Shown here: one piece after another, positions 8,896-19,053 of the stretch
Layout: each line of letters opens with the position of its first letter
Position numbering within the stretch: position 1 is the stretch's first letter
IMG/VR virus record: IMGVR_UViG_3300032331_003094
Span: 18,213-82,212 of that record
Source of the DNA: a virus
DNA length: 64,000 nucleotides
Reading direction: 5' to 3' (one strand)
Made by a program: the position numbers and the translations under genes
The notes under the pieces: model-generated
Databases searched by the model: none
Told to the model about the DNA's origin: nothing
The model's input: only the letters and a program-made list of their open reading frames with translations

Positions 8896-9918
8896 TCACT
8901 CCATTACAAACAGTTTGTTTGCAACGGTTCCGGGTTGAGCTTGATTCAGAACACGCCAGGCGTTCTGGGGATCACGGTTCATCACTTCACTGAAACTACC
9001 CCAGAAGTTTTCGGGTTGCTGGGGGCCAGCAGCGTTGGGGGGAGCCGGAAGATTGGCAATACCACCATTGATGGGCTGAGTGCGATAACCACGGGATTCG
9101 AGGTCGGCTTCGCTTTCGTACACGGGGTACGGACCTTCAGGACCAAAGAAACGCAGCGTGTAATCGCTGAGAACATCAGGATTGGTCAGGATTTCGTTAT
9201 AAGCCAGATTCTCTTGGTGCTCATTGACCGAGAAGCTGGCAAAACGTGCCATCACATCATTGGCTTGGGTGCCCCAGGCCACTGCGCTATCCAGCATCCC
9301 TTCAAGTTGAAGGGCGTAATTATTTAGAATTGCCGGAGCTTCTACCCCGAACGCGTCGAACACCTGACGGCTTTCGTTGCTCAGGTTGTAGTAATCCGCG
9401 ATTGCCCGGTCCGTTGCCAGGGCTTGCTCCTCCGACGAAAGCGTCGAAGAGGTTTGGGAATAGCTGGGAGAGTATGCCGGGTTGAGATATGAGGTCGGCA
9501 TCCCCGATTGTTGCGTAGCTGGGGCGCTTGGAGTCCCAAAGTTGGCCGGGGCGTACTGAGGAGTCGTCGTCGACGGTTGACCCTGGAAGGGGGATTGGAC
9601 TGGTGAGCTCAGCAGGCCCACTACCTTGTTGAACGCCGATTCCCAAGGGTTGCTCACTGGTGCTTCCGCTGGCGCCGCCACCGAATAGTTCGGTTGGGAT
9701 TGGGGGGCGTACTGAATAGGGGCGGATTGGTAGCTGGTAGTCGCTTGAGGTATCGCTTGGGGGTAGCTGGTACCCACCTGATACGCCACCGGAGCCGCCT
9801 GCTGGTAGCTCGGGGCTGGTGCTGCCACTGGTGCCGGAGCTGCCATCACGTAGCTGCTGGGTGCTACTGACGGTGCTTGGCTCGTCTGTGGGGTCGATTG
9901 GACGGTAGCGTCCTGCAT
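8896..9918 (-). CDS. Putative capsid scaffolding protein
   Basis: P/Q/A/S-rich N-terminus, between portal and major capsid, AAGGAG RBS. Confidence 0.7.
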   Translation of the reverse strand: MQDATVQSTPQTSQAPSVAPSSYVMAAPAPVAAPAPSYQQAAPVAYQVGTSYPQAIPQATTSYQSAPIQYAPQSQPNYSVAAPAEAPVSNPWESAFNKVVGLLSSPVQSPFQGQPSTTTPQYAPANFGTPSAPATQQSGMPTSYLNPAYSPSYSQTSSTLSSEEQALATDRAIADYYNLSNESRQVFDAFGVEAPAILNNYALQLEGMLDSAVAWGTQANDVMARFASFSVNEHQENLAYNEILTNPDVLSDYTLRFFGPEGPYPVYESEADLESRGYRTQPINGGIANLPAPPNAAGPQQPENFWGSFSEVMNRDPQNAWRVLNQAQPGTVANKLFVME

Positions 9919-11668
9919 AACTCATCTCCTTTTGTAATGCTTCTAAGGTTCGATACAGATAGGGTGTAAGGTCCAGCCTTGGATCTGCAGCCATCGGAAG
10001 ATCCGGTGACTCTGGGTGGGGGGTCTGCATCATTCCACCCACCAGGCGAGCAAACTGCGAGAACGCATTCTGCAATTCGCCTACCATCCTGAACGGGAAA
10101 CCGCTTAACATAGCGGCTCGTTCTTCATCCGTCTTAGACGGAAATAAGAACTTCAGTGCTTCAATGCTATCAACACCTAATTCTTGTAGGTTTCTTACAA
10201 CGATAGAGTTGTTTAAAACGTCTTGAGTTGACTCTTCATAAACAGGTCCAGTCCAACGCCACAAGACGGTTAAGTCCCCATCGGGAATAAGGCCTGTTAC
10301 TCCGGGGGGAATAATTTTTGTCTGCATGCAGGCCATCATGATTTGCTTGACCCTTTCGTCAAAACCAATCATTGCTTGCTTGTACAAATCATTTTCTTCT
10401 GGCGGTGCATCTTCTGGCGGTTCAATTGGTTCTTCCAGGCCGGATGCTTTGGCTAAGGTTGCGCGGAACAAACGTTCCTCTTGGAAAATAATTAACTCAA
10501 GACAACGTGCAATACCGTAAGAATAAATGGCAGTTGCTTTTTTCTTTGCTGTGGCTGATACACGACCAAATAATGATTTGTATTCAGTTGCAGTTACGCC
10601 AGCTGAAATGGATAGTTCATCGACACCACCAAGAGCTGTACGAATCTCTTCTCGAAATTGGCGAGCAAATGCGTTTTGATCACCAGTGATAGCATCTGGA
10701 ACAATGTAACCAACACGGTCGTTTGGCTCCAGGTTTGCAATAACGCGTGGTACACGAATCTGACCATCGATTCCGCGACCGATTGGATCTTGTTTAAATG
10801 TTGACCTACTTAAAGAAGACAAGCTGCCAAACCCTGAGTTGGCTGCAATCGATGGACGTTGAACTGTAGTGTCTGCCCCGGACTCCATAAGGTCTGTTTT
10901 GGGACGAGATGAAAGAAGGGTTGGATTACCAAAGAACTGAACGTTTTTGCGCATGGTGCGAACCAATTCGTCGTGCACGACGATGTGGCTGGCCATGGCG
11001 TCAAATTCGCCAGTACCTTCAGTTGAAAACCCTTTGGGGTTGTTAAAGATTTCAACGCAAGGAATAAAGCCCAAGCTGTTTTTAAATGTTTTGGTTTTAC
11101 CAAGGGCTGTATAGTTTGGTAAATCAAACGACATCTCACTTTCCGAGTGAGTTTCTTCAATGGTACGTCGTTTAATTGAAAGCCTAATAAAACGTTTGGC
11201 GCCTTGGCTGCCAAGTGTTGCAGTCCCGGTAAGATTGGAAACATTTACATTGTCACCAAAGCCATTACCTTGTTTGACTTTATAGCTGTAGATGATTACA
11301 ACTTCATCTAACTCACCATCTACGTTGTAGTAGCTGCGATATTCGTGACTACGGAAGTAATACAGGCGGTAATTTGATTTGGTTGGACGAATATAAAAAA
11401 TGCCTTTGCCGTCACATAGGAAATAATCCCAGATTGAATCCAGGCGCACATCAAGTTGGTTATATTTGATTACACGGTCGAGAAAGTCTTTGCGCTGGTT
11501 GCCAAAGTTATCTTGAGTTGGAAAAAATTCCACACCTTGACGAATCCCAAACATTTTCATTTGGGAAAGATGTGACCCCACAATCATGGTGTCAACATGA
11601 GAACTAGGATCTTTCTCGACTGCCGCGTCGATAATTTCTTTTAAACGCGCCTTGGTATCAACAGCCAT
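9320..11668 (-). CDS. Portal protein (C-terminal 200 codons overlap the scaffold gene)
   Basis: Large ORF between TerL and scaffold/capsid; LGFIPCVEIFN motif typical of portals. Confidence 0.75.
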   Translation of the reverse strand: MAVDTKARLKEIIDAAVEKDPSSHVDTMIVGSHLSQMKMFGIRQGVEFFPTQDNFGNQRKDFLDRVIKYNQLDVRLDSIWDYFLCDGKGIFYIRPTKSNYRLYYFRSHEYRSYYNVDGELDEVVIIYSYKVKQGNGFGDNVNVSNLTGTATLGSQGAKRFIRLSIKRRTIEETHSESEMSFDLPNYTALGKTKTFKNSLGFIPCVEIFNNPKGFSTEGTGEFDAMASHIVVHDELVRTMRKNVQFFGNPTLLSSRPKTDLMESGADTTVQRPSIAANSGFGSLSSLSRSTFKQDPIGRGIDGQIRVPRVIANLEPNDRVGYIVPDAITGDQNAFARQFREEIRTALGGVDELSISAGVTATEYKSLFGRVSATAKKKATAIYSYGIARCLELIIFQEERLFRATLAKASGLEEPIEPPEDAPPEENDLYKQAMIGFDERVKQIMMACMQTKIIPPGVTGLIPDGDLTVLWRWTGPVYEESTQDVLNNSIVVRNLQELGVDSIEALKFLFPSKTDEERAAMLSGFPFRMVGELQNAFSQFARLVGGMMQTPHPESPDLPMAADPRLDLTPYLYRTLEALQKEMSYAGRYRPIDPTDEPSTVSSTQQLRDGSSGTSGSTSPELPAGGSGGVSGGYQLPPSDTSSDYQLPIRPYSVRPPIPTELFGGGASGSTSEQPLGIGVQQGSGPAELTSPIPLPGSTVDDDSSVRPGQLWDSKRPSYATIGDADLISQPGILSQLFPNLFDAFVGGASPGNGPGNRGLLQPEQRKPSGVRRVRGRSSGNSK

Positions 11669-11810
11669 TAATCTTTAACCTGTTCTTTTTGAATCTTAGC
11701 AGCTTTGCGTTCCTTTCTATGTTTTAACCAGGTGCGAAAAAAAGCCAATTCACCAAACGTATACAGCCAGGGCTTCTTTAGTGCTTCTTTAACTAATTTT
11801 CTTTTTTTGG

Positions 11811-12170
11811 TCATGACACAATTTTATTTTGGAAACCAGCAGGAACAGCTTGACCTAATTGTGGTCCAGCATAAAAACCAGCGTTACCCATAGGCGCCAT
11901 ACCTGGAAGCCCCTGAACCAAGGGAAGTTGGGGACCTGCACCAGGCATCAAGCCGCGTTTGATAAGCTCTTCGTTGAGTTGCTGGTTTTGTTGCGTACCA
12001 CCTTGGTACAAACGCTGAAGTTGTTCGCCCGAACGCTTGCCCAATGGACCTTGTCCTTGTGGAATATCAAAACTAGGGCCACCAGCAATTAAAGGACTGT
12101 AGCCAACAGAAGGAAAAAAGCCAGGGTTACCAGGGGCGCCTGGTACGTTTGCTGCTCCGCCGTAATACAT
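11811..12170 (-). CDS. Hypothetical G/P-rich protein
   Basis: 119 aa ORF with TAAAAT 22 nt upstream. Confidence 0.6.
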   Translation of the reverse strand: MYYGGAANVPGAPGNPGFFPSVGYSPLIAGGPSFDIPQGQGPLGKRSGEQLQRLYQGGTQQNQQLNEELIKRGLMPGAGPQLPLVQGLPGMAPMGNAGFYAGPQLGQAVPAGFQNKIVS

Positions 12171-12194
12171 TTTATTATTTCCGTTCTTTTTATT

Positions 12195-12377
12195 TTACTC
12201 CTCTAATACCACATACCCAGCAGGATCATTTAATTTGCTGAGAATAAATCCTTCGCCTTTTACTTTCCAATCAAGGACATCACCTTCATGCCAACCAAGA
12301 TCTTCAAGTACTTCTTCGGGAAGAATGATAAACGATTCACCGTTTTCGTCTTCTTGGACTTCGAGAACGTAACTCAT
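12195..12377 (-). CDS. Small AbrB/SpoVT-like protein
   Basis: IILPEEVLEDLGWHEGDVLDW pattern. Confidence 0.65.
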   Translation of the reverse strand: MSYVLEVQEDENGESFIILPEEVLEDLGWHEGDVLDWKVKGEGFILSKLNDPAGYVVLEE

Positions 12378-12382
12378 GAAAC

Positions 12383-12652
12383 TTAAAGTTTTTCAATAAG
12401 TTTATCAAGCTTTGCATTAATCTGCTTAAAGTTGTCGTGCATTTGTTGTAATTCCCTAAGGAAGTCAACTTTTAATACGTACTCCAATGGCATTCGATTA
12501 ATCTGCTCTTGGAGGTTGTCAACCTTTCTTTCGTTTTCTAGAATGCGGTCGTATAACGCATGCAGACGATCCTGATGACGACCCCAAAAGTTAGCCGAAA
12601 GTGGTGACACGGAAGTAGATGTATTTTCTTTTATTTTACGATTAGTAATCAA
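12383..12652 (-). CDS. Hypothetical coiled-coil protein (true start may be GTG 12610)
   Basis: Heptad-rich; MPLEYVLKVDFLRE. Confidence 0.55.
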   Translation of the reverse strand: MITNRKIKENTSTSVSPLSANFWGRHQDRLHALYDRILENERKVDNLQEQINRMPLEYVLKVDFLRELQQMHDNFKQINAKLDKLIEKL

Positions 12653-14168
12653 GATGTAAATTGCCTTTTCTCATAAGGCCTGTCACAAGCCATACTAATG
12701 CATCGACCGTATCGTCATGACCACTTACGCCGAAGTTTGTGAGTTCCTCGAAGAGATTTGTGAAGTTTCGGAAACGATTAAAGATAATTTTTCGATCTTC
12801 AAACATACCAATGATACCCCGGAACCGTGCGAGCTTGTCAGCACGGAACCCTTTGACTGGGTGCCAAATCAAATTGTAGAGACCTTCGTCATTCAGGCAA
12901 ACCCGCTTAAAGTCAGCTTCGAGGGAGGCTTGGTACTGGACGGCTTCTGACCAAACATCACATGTTGAGTAAGTAGGGAAATAATTTTTGTTTTCATCTT
13001 GTCCAATAATGGACCAATCATTAAGCAATTCTTTAAGAGCATCTAGTTTTTCCAGGTTCCCCATGACGCGAATACGTCGATAATCAATAATATGGATACG
13101 ATCTTCAATCCGACCACCCAGTACAAACACCGTGTAATCATTCTTTTCTTTAATGCCAGCAGACAGGTCAACACCAATCCCCAAGGCATCAAATTCTGTT
13201 GCAATTTCTGCCTTGACAATAAGTTCTGGCGCCAATGAAAGTTCATTTTGCCTGACAATTTGATTCATGTACTGAAAGGAAAAAGCAATGGGTGCTTGCC
13301 TTTTCTTTTCTTTCAGGTACTCTAGCGACCACATATCGGGCCAGTACGATTCCTCCTCACCGGTCTTCGGATCGTTTTGAATTGCTGACAAAACAATTTG
13401 AGTCCAGTTGTTCTGTTCGTTGAATGTGGTGGCGTGAATGTCATCGTGCCTGAATCGGGTACCAAGACAAATCGCCCTGGCACCCTCAAACATCGTTGGT
13501 GCAATCACCGCATTCCAGTTATCCTGCATTGTCTTACGAATGTCAGGATTGCCAATATCAGCAGCAGACTTAATAGCGTCATCGATCATTACCAGGTGCG
13601 AACGTTTAGAGGTCACTGAACCTTTAAGGCCAGCGGCGCAGAGGGTAAATTGTTCATCACCTGTTACATCAATACCAGCAAATTTATGATCAATAGACCA
13701 ATACTCATTACTGGTAACGTTTTTAAGAAGACGTACTTTGGGAAATACTTCTTGATATCGCTTGCTTTCAATAATGCGTTTAATGGTTGCTGATTTAGAA
13801 CGTGCAATATCAACCGTATAGGAAAGATAAAGAATCTGCAGTGGAAGCTTGGCTTCAGTGTGAATGCCAATTGCCCATGCCGTCAGCAAACCCAAGACTG
13901 TTGATTTGGCCGACCCACGAGGGGCAAGTAAGTCTACGTTGGGACCTGCAATTTTAATTAGACATTGACTATCTTCACCCGTTACAAAGTGACGATGCCA
14001 TTGTTTATGGTGTTCAGCAGGAGGTTTATCCGCTACATAATCACAAAAATATCCAAAGTCTTCACGTGCAAGTTTTGCTTGCTCGTAATTTTTAACCTCT
14101 TTGACTTGATGATTTTTTGCCGCCGCACGTGCATTACGCCGATACGCGAGATGAACGTAAGAAGGCAT
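12642..14168 (-). CDS. terL: Terminase large subunit
   Basis: Walker A LAPRGSAKST, Walker B VMIDD, LGTRF coupling motif, nuclease IGVDLS and HDDTVDA. Confidence 0.92.
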   Translation of the reverse strand: MPSYVHLAYRRNARAAAKNHQVKEVKNYEQAKLAREDFGYFCDYVADKPPAEHHKQWHRHFVTGEDSQCLIKIAGPNVDLLAPRGSAKSTVLGLLTAWAIGIHTEAKLPLQILYLSYTVDIARSKSATIKRIIESKRYQEVFPKVRLLKNVTSNEYWSIDHKFAGIDVTGDEQFTLCAAGLKGSVTSKRSHLVMIDDAIKSAADIGNPDIRKTMQDNWNAVIAPTMFEGARAICLGTRFRHDDIHATTFNEQNNWTQIVLSAIQNDPKTGEEESYWPDMWSLEYLKEKKRQAPIAFSFQYMNQIVRQNELSLAPELIVKAEIATEFDALGIGVDLSAGIKEKNDYTVFVLGGRIEDRIHIIDYRRIRVMGNLEKLDALKELLNDWSIIGQDENKNYFPTYSTCDVWSEAVQYQASLEADFKRVCLNDEGLYNLIWHPVKGFRADKLARFRGIIGMFEDRKIIFNRFRNFTNLFEELTNFGVSGHDDTVDALVWLVTGLMRKGNLHLDY

Positions 14169-14357
14169 GAGTTAGTACCAGGTATTACTGAATACTAACT
14201 CATTTCTTTTTCTTTTGTTTTTGTTGTTGATATTGACGTGCTTTATCCAAGGCAGCTTTCCGCTTGTCTTGATCAGACATCTCGGTACCATCTTCGTTTG
14301 TTGCCTCTTTCTTTTTGAAATGAGCAACGAGTGCCGGTGGCATTTTGGAATCAGACA

Positions 14358-14840
14358 TCAATCAAATTCGCGGCTTGCGTATCCACCACCCATGGTAATT
14401 CCTTTGCGGCGTGGTCGACCTTGTTGATTCCCTTGGGCAGCACCAGTGGATGCCATGCGTTGTTGATCTGTCGGTGCACCGCGTCCACCAAATTGTTGTG
14501 CCATTTCACCAGGGGTTTCCGATTGTTGCGGACGTGCACCAGGGATGCCTACCCCACCGGAACGCTGCATATAAGTTTCATATGCCTGAGAATATTGATC
14601 GTCTGGTGAAGTACCCGCTGCCTGTAAGTTAGGGGCCGGGCTGCCAGTGGAAGTTTGTGCTGGTTGATTAAGAAAAGATGGTTCTGGACGATTGGGGGTC
14701 GTTCCAGGTTGTGCTTGCGCTGCTTGTGTTGCAGGCACATTAGCAACTGCTTGCTTTTGTTGATTTAATGCATTTTGATAAAAACCAGATCCACCTGCGC
14801 CAGGTGCACCGGATGTTGGTCGTTGAGCAGTAGCACCCAT
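14358..14840 (-). CDS. Hypothetical Q/G/A-rich protein
   Basis: 160 aa ORF, co-oriented. Confidence 0.55.
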   Translation of the reverse strand: MGATAQRPTSGAPGAGGSGFYQNALNQQKQAVANVPATQAAQAQPGTTPNRPEPSFLNQPAQTSTGSPAPNLQAAGTSPDDQYSQAYETYMQRSGGVGIPGARPQQSETPGEMAQQFGGRGAPTDQQRMASTGAAQGNQQGRPRRKGITMGGGYASREFD

Positions 14841-14853
14841 GGTGAATACCTAA

Positions 14854-15009
14854 TTACTTTTTCTTTTTATTTTGCATTTCCCGCAGACGAGCCATTTTGT
14901 CTTTGGGGCTCTCCTTGGGGGGAACTGCTTTGCCAGCAGCTGGCTTACCTTTGGGGGGCACAGCTTTACCGGCAGCGGGCTTGCCTTTGGGGGGAACTGG
15001 AGCGGGCAT
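14854..15009 (-). CDS. Small basic protein with 12-aa tandem repeat (GKPAAGKAVPPK)
   Basis: ATG at 15009; 36-bp tandem repeat at about 14916..14998. Confidence 0.65.
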   Translation of the reverse strand: MPAPVPPKGKPAAGKAVPPKGKPAAGKAVPPKESPKDKMARLREMQNKKKK

Positions 15010-15056
15010 GATATTTATGCTGTTGTTCTTATTATACGAGAAGTGCTGCTTTATTT

Positions 15057-15641
15057 TTATTCTTCTAATTGCATACGAGACCAAACGCTCATCGATGCTT
15101 CTTGTAAAGGTGATTCAATTGGATCATCTTTAAAAATAAACATTAACTCACGAATGGCGCGATCAGCACCAGCCATTAAAAGACCTTTGCGATCTTTGTT
15201 GGAAGTAAACTGTTCAACCTGTGCAATTGTGCCACGCAATTCTTTTTGCATGCTGGCAATACGAGCAACGCCTGCGTCTCGCTTGACGGAACAGTTTTCA
15301 ATATCTTCACGCAATTTTCGAATATCTTCTTGCATTTCTGCAATTTCAAGAAGAAGAATCTTGCGGTGATCTGGTTTTTTGTAATTGGCTTTAATCCATT
15401 CTTCACACGAAACAATGCTCCCTGTATAACCAAGAAACTTGGCATACAGAAAACATTCAATTATGGAGTAATTATCTTCGGAAAATGAACAAAAAGACTC
15501 TTGGGTAGCGGAGTCAAGATTATCGATCCAGGTATCAAACAGCTCAATACTTATAAGCTTGTTGTGCCTGTCGATAGTCTCGGGCTTCGTCGCTTTCGCT
15601 GTATTTTTGCTTTTGGGCGGCAAGAGCTTCTTGTTGAGCAC
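15057..15641 (-). CDS. Helical protein, candidate terminase small subunit
   Basis: Coiled-coil ORF upstream of terL; function by position only. Confidence 0.35.
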   Translation of the reverse strand: MLNKKLLPPKSKNTAKATKPETIDRHNKLISIELFDTWIDNLDSATQESFCSFSEDNYSIIECFLYAKFLGYTGSIVSCEEWIKANYKKPDHRKILLLEIAEMQEDIRKLREDIENCSVKRDAGVARIASMQKELRGTIAQVEQFTSNKDRKGLLMAGADRAIRELMFIFKDDPIESPLQEASMSVWSRMQLEE

Positions 15642-15807
15642 GGGTGTCCTCTAGTTTTTTCTTGGAATATTCGTAGGCAACACCTGCGGCTTTTTTATAC
15701 GTTTCTAAAGGAAACGCAGCTGCTGCGTCAGCGGAAGAAGTATCTCCAAACGGATCAGCTTCTTGCCAAGCCCCAGAATCGTCTTTATAGCCCCAGGTAG
15801 TTGCCAC
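15544..15807 (-). CDS. Hypothetical virion protein
   Basis: 87 aa ORF. Confidence 0.55.
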   Translation of the reverse strand: MATTWGYKDDSGAWQEADPFGDTSSADAAAAFPLETYKKAAGVAYEYSKKKLEDTRAQQEALAAQKQKYSESDEARDYRQAQQAYKY

Positions 15808-15822
15808 GGTTATTACCTAATT

Positions 15823-16059
15823 CTAGAAGTTGCTCATCATTTGAGCAAGGCCTTGTGCATAGATGTTGGGACGAGCCGAAACATCCTTGGCTTGCTGTTG
15901 ACGAATTTTAGATTGTTCTAAACGGCCCAGGAGAGTTTGGAAATCGCCCAGTGAAGCGGCACCCATGCCACCATACTGTTGCTGGAACTGTTGTTTATCA
16001 ATAATGGCCTTATCTTCGGCAGACATGCCTTGATAAATGGGATCGTCTCTGTAAGCCAT
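15823..16059 (-). CDS. Hypothetical virion protein
   Basis: 78 aa Q-rich ORF, TATAAT upstream. Confidence 0.6.
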   Translation of the reverse strand: MAYRDDPIYQGMSAEDKAIIDKQQFQQQYGGMGAASLGDFQTLLGRLEQSKIRQQQAKDVSARPNIYAQGLAQMMSNF

Positions 16060-16103
16060 GTTAATTCTTTAAACGAACTTTTTAAATTATAGCAAGGTTA
16101 GTT

Positions 16104-17000
16104 TTAGGACCAGAACCCTGCTGTCAAGTTGGATAACAATTGTCCTTGTGTGCCAATACGTGCGACTTCTTTGCTGCCTTCATTTTTAATTTTTTGGGTA
16201 TCTTTATCAATTTGACCTTGAAGATTTGTCAAGCCAGCATTAAACATAAAGTCGCGGTTCTGACGCATCCTTGCTTGAAAGTCTTCAATTTCTTTAGTTG
16301 TACCAGTAAATGAACTGGGACCTTTTGCTAATTCAATATTGGTTGCATTTTTAAGATCACCAGCATATGTCGGATCATACTCTGAGCCGTACTTGAATGT
16401 ACGAACATCTCTTGCTAATCCTTTTTCGTCCGTTTCAGTTGTTTTTGCCCCATACATTGTGTCAAGATAATTATCTAAGTAACTTTTATTAAATTTTTTA
16501 TTGTATTCATCACTGCCTTTAAGCGAACTAGCAAGATCAGATAACTTATATCCGGCATCTTTTTGTAAGTTGGTAAATTTAGTCAGTTCTTCTGCGGTTG
16601 CTTCACGTCCCAAAACATCTTTATAAGCCTGTCCAGCAAGAAGTAAGTTTCTTTGTGGGGCCTTAGTAGTTTCTTCACCCTCTAAAGTATTGAGATCGGT
16701 TTGAATTTTGGTATTTTGCGTTTCATCTTTATCTAAGCTATACTGTGTTCGATAATCTTCAAGTCCTTTTTTAGCTGTATTGTAATCAATAAGGCCGGAA
16801 GTGTATTGATTTAAGATATTTTGCTTGTGTCCTTCATAGCCAGAAATACCAGTATTTCTAAGGCCAGTCATCCTGGTTTGCTCTGCTGTACGCTCTGCCT
16901 CCTCTTGCGCTTGAACTTTTTGCGCATGTGATGTCATGAACGCAAAATATGCCTTCTCTTCTGCACTGGGTTCAGGAAATTTAATACTACCTTTTCCCAT
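16104..17000 (-). CDS. Putative internal virion protein
   Basis: 298 aa, GGAG RBS. Confidence 0.6.
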   Translation of the reverse strand: MGKGSIKFPEPSAEEKAYFAFMTSHAQKVQAQEEAERTAEQTRMTGLRNTGISGYEGHKQNILNQYTSGLIDYNTAKKGLEDYRTQYSLDKDETQNTKIQTDLNTLEGEETTKAPQRNLLLAGQAYKDVLGREATAEELTKFTNLQKDAGYKLSDLASSLKGSDEYNKKFNKSYLDNYLDTMYGAKTTETDEKGLARDVRTFKYGSEYDPTYAGDLKNATNIELAKGPSSFTGTTKEIEDFQARMRQNRDFMFNAGLTNLQGQIDKDTQKIKNEGSKEVARIGTQGQLLSNLTAGFWS

Positions 17001-17048
17001 GATTATTCTCCTAGTTGTTTACAAATTTGAACATTTATTTCTTTTATT

Positions 17049-17630
17049 TTAACCGAATGAAGTTGTTGCATAGCTTGGCATGCGTCCATAAGAATATGGA
17101 TTTTCTTGGATTGGGCCAAACATTGCATCTGTACGGGCTCTTTGTTCAGAAAGTGTTCTGTTTAATTGATCTGCATTTTGTTGCCAACGAAGTTTTTGTG
17201 CGCCAGGGGACAATGCATCTGCAATACCCGTCTGCCGTTCTTGGGAAGCAAGTTGTATTTTCCGAGGTTCCAAGAAAGCAAGTTGGTAATCAGCTGCTTT
17301 TTTTTGTAAATCTGCTTGGAATTGACTTCCGCCTGTTGCGGCCCACACACCACTGAAACCATTTAATGCTGCTGCTCTTCCTTGTTGTTGAGCATTAATA
17401 GCCGCAGCTTGAATCTGTGCATTGGCTTGTGAGTTAGCACCAAATGCAGAACCAATTCCACCAATAGCAGAAAGACCAGCTGACAGTAGTATGTCGTCAA
17501 TCCCAAAAGCCATATTTTTTTTACCGCTATTAGAAGTATTAGAACTATTATACTGTGTAGTTTGATTCCAATCATATGGATTGGCATAAACATTACCAAA
17601 ACCAAAAGTTGGCAGGTTAGAGCCAGCCAT
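17049..17630 (-). CDS. Putative DNA ejection/pilot-like internal virion protein
   Basis: GA-rich hydrophobic segment LSAGLSAIGGIGSAFG followed by Q/A helix. Confidence 0.5.
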   Translation of the reverse strand: MAGSNLPTFGFGNVYANPYDWNQTTQYNSSNTSNSGKKNMAFGIDDILLSAGLSAIGGIGSAFGANSQANAQIQAAAINAQQQGRAAALNGFSGVWAATGGSQFQADLQKKAADYQLAFLEPRKIQLASQERQTGIADALSPGAQKLRWQQNADQLNRTLSEQRARTDAMFGPIQENPYSYGRMPSYATTSFG

Positions 17631-17632
17631 TA

Positions 17633-18151
17633 TTAAATGTTGTAATACTGCCTACTTGGAATAGTTGAAGCAATTTGTGATAAACCAGCACTAGACCTGG
17701 CACCCTCTGCAAATCCACCAGCGAGCATATTGGCAATGACAGTGGGATCTTGATATTTAGTTAAGCCCCGTTCAATGCCTGTTTGAAGGGCAGTCAAGCC
17801 ACGATTAATTAAGTTATATTTCATTTGTTGATCGCCTTGCGTTTTGTAAAACGCGGCGGCATCTTCTAAGTTTTGCTTACGTTCGGCTGCTCTGGCTTCT
17901 GGTGTATTTTGTTCATATTGATTTAATGCAATTTGTAAAAAGGCTGCTCCTGAGGGATCTCTCTTGGCAATTTCTTCAAAAGCTTGAGGACTTAATAAGC
18001 CTGAAAACTTACCAGCAATAGGAGTGCTTTGAATGCCACCCCCCAAAATATTAGAGGATCCTTCGGCAGGTACATAACTGTATGCGCCCCTAGTGTTAAA
18101 GCTTGTTCCAGCTCCTGGGGTAAAGTTTTTATTTAAATCAGAAATCGGCAT
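17633..18151 (-). CDS. Putative internal virion protein
   Basis: 172 aa ORF, tightly packed. Confidence 0.55.
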   Translation of the reverse strand: MPISDLNKNFTPGAGTSFNTRGAYSYVPAEGSSNILGGGIQSTPIAGKFSGLLSPQAFEEIAKRDPSGAAFLQIALNQYEQNTPEARAAERKQNLEDAAAFYKTQGDQQMKYNLINRGLTALQTGIERGLTKYQDPTVIANMLAGGFAEGARSSAGLSQIASTIPSRQYYNI

Positions 18152-18153
18152 GA

Positions 18154-19023
18154 TCAGATACCGCGAACGCCACCGGTTTGTAATACGGAAGCAGCATAAG
18201 GATTAGAAGTCAAGATGTCACGGGTAGTAGCACCAGCTTGTTGTTGGGCGCCCGACGCTAATTGACCAGCAATGATCTGTTGGTTTAATTGACCCATTAA
18301 CTGAGCATTTTGTTGATTCAGTTGCATTTGACGAGTCTTATCTGCGTCTTTATATTTTTGTAAAATTTGATAATTTTGAGTTAGATACTGACCAGGGATG
18401 TTAACTCCCATTTCCCTAGCCATTTGTAAATATTGTGCTTGTGCTTTGTCAGAAACCGTGCCGGGTTCAGCCCCTGTACCAGCAGCTTGTCCTGATTCAC
18501 GTTGTGCACCCGCTACGGCACTCACGACACCTTGCGTAGCAGCTTGAGCACCACCAATAAGTTGATTACCCAATGCAGAAACACCTTTACCTAACTGACT
18601 GGCGATTGGAGCGGCAAGTAAACCACCTGCGAGTTGTACGGCGCCACGTACCAAGGGTCCACCAGGGACCATTGCACTTAAGTTTTGAATTCCTTTACCA
18701 CCTAAAGCAGTAAGGCCAAGGGTTGCTAACCCGGCCATAGGATCTGTTGGAAATTGTTGAAGGGCGGCTGCAGCGCCAGGACCATAGCGAGCGGTTCTAG
18801 ATGCTAAGGTACGTGCGCCACCAGGGATTCCTTCAGCTGTTTGAGTTAGGTTTGAAACATTTTGAAGCAGCCCATCAAACGGACCAGCAGGATTAACAGG
18901 CGAAACAATATCAGCTACTGTACGATTTCTAGGATCAAGAACAGTATTTTTTGCACTAATACGATCAATAGGAGATGATGGTCCCATCATCGGATCTACT
19001 GGAAAAGCGTAAGAACCTGCCAT
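18154..19023 (-). CDS. Putative internal virion protein (G/A-rich)
   Basis: 289 aa with glycine-zipper-like segments. Confidence 0.55.
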   Translation of the reverse strand: MAGSYAFPVDPMMGPSSPIDRISAKNTVLDPRNRTVADIVSPVNPAGPFDGLLQNVSNLTQTAEGIPGGARTLASRTARYGPGAAAALQQFPTDPMAGLATLGLTALGGKGIQNLSAMVPGGPLVRGAVQLAGGLLAAPIASQLGKGVSALGNQLIGGAQAATQGVVSAVAGAQRESGQAAGTGAEPGTVSDKAQAQYLQMAREMGVNIPGQYLTQNYQILQKYKDADKTRQMQLNQQNAQLMGQLNQQIIAGQLASGAQQQAGATTRDILTSNPYAASVLQTGGVRGI

Positions 19024-19053
19024 GTTTTTGGTCTTCTATATGATTTAATTTTA

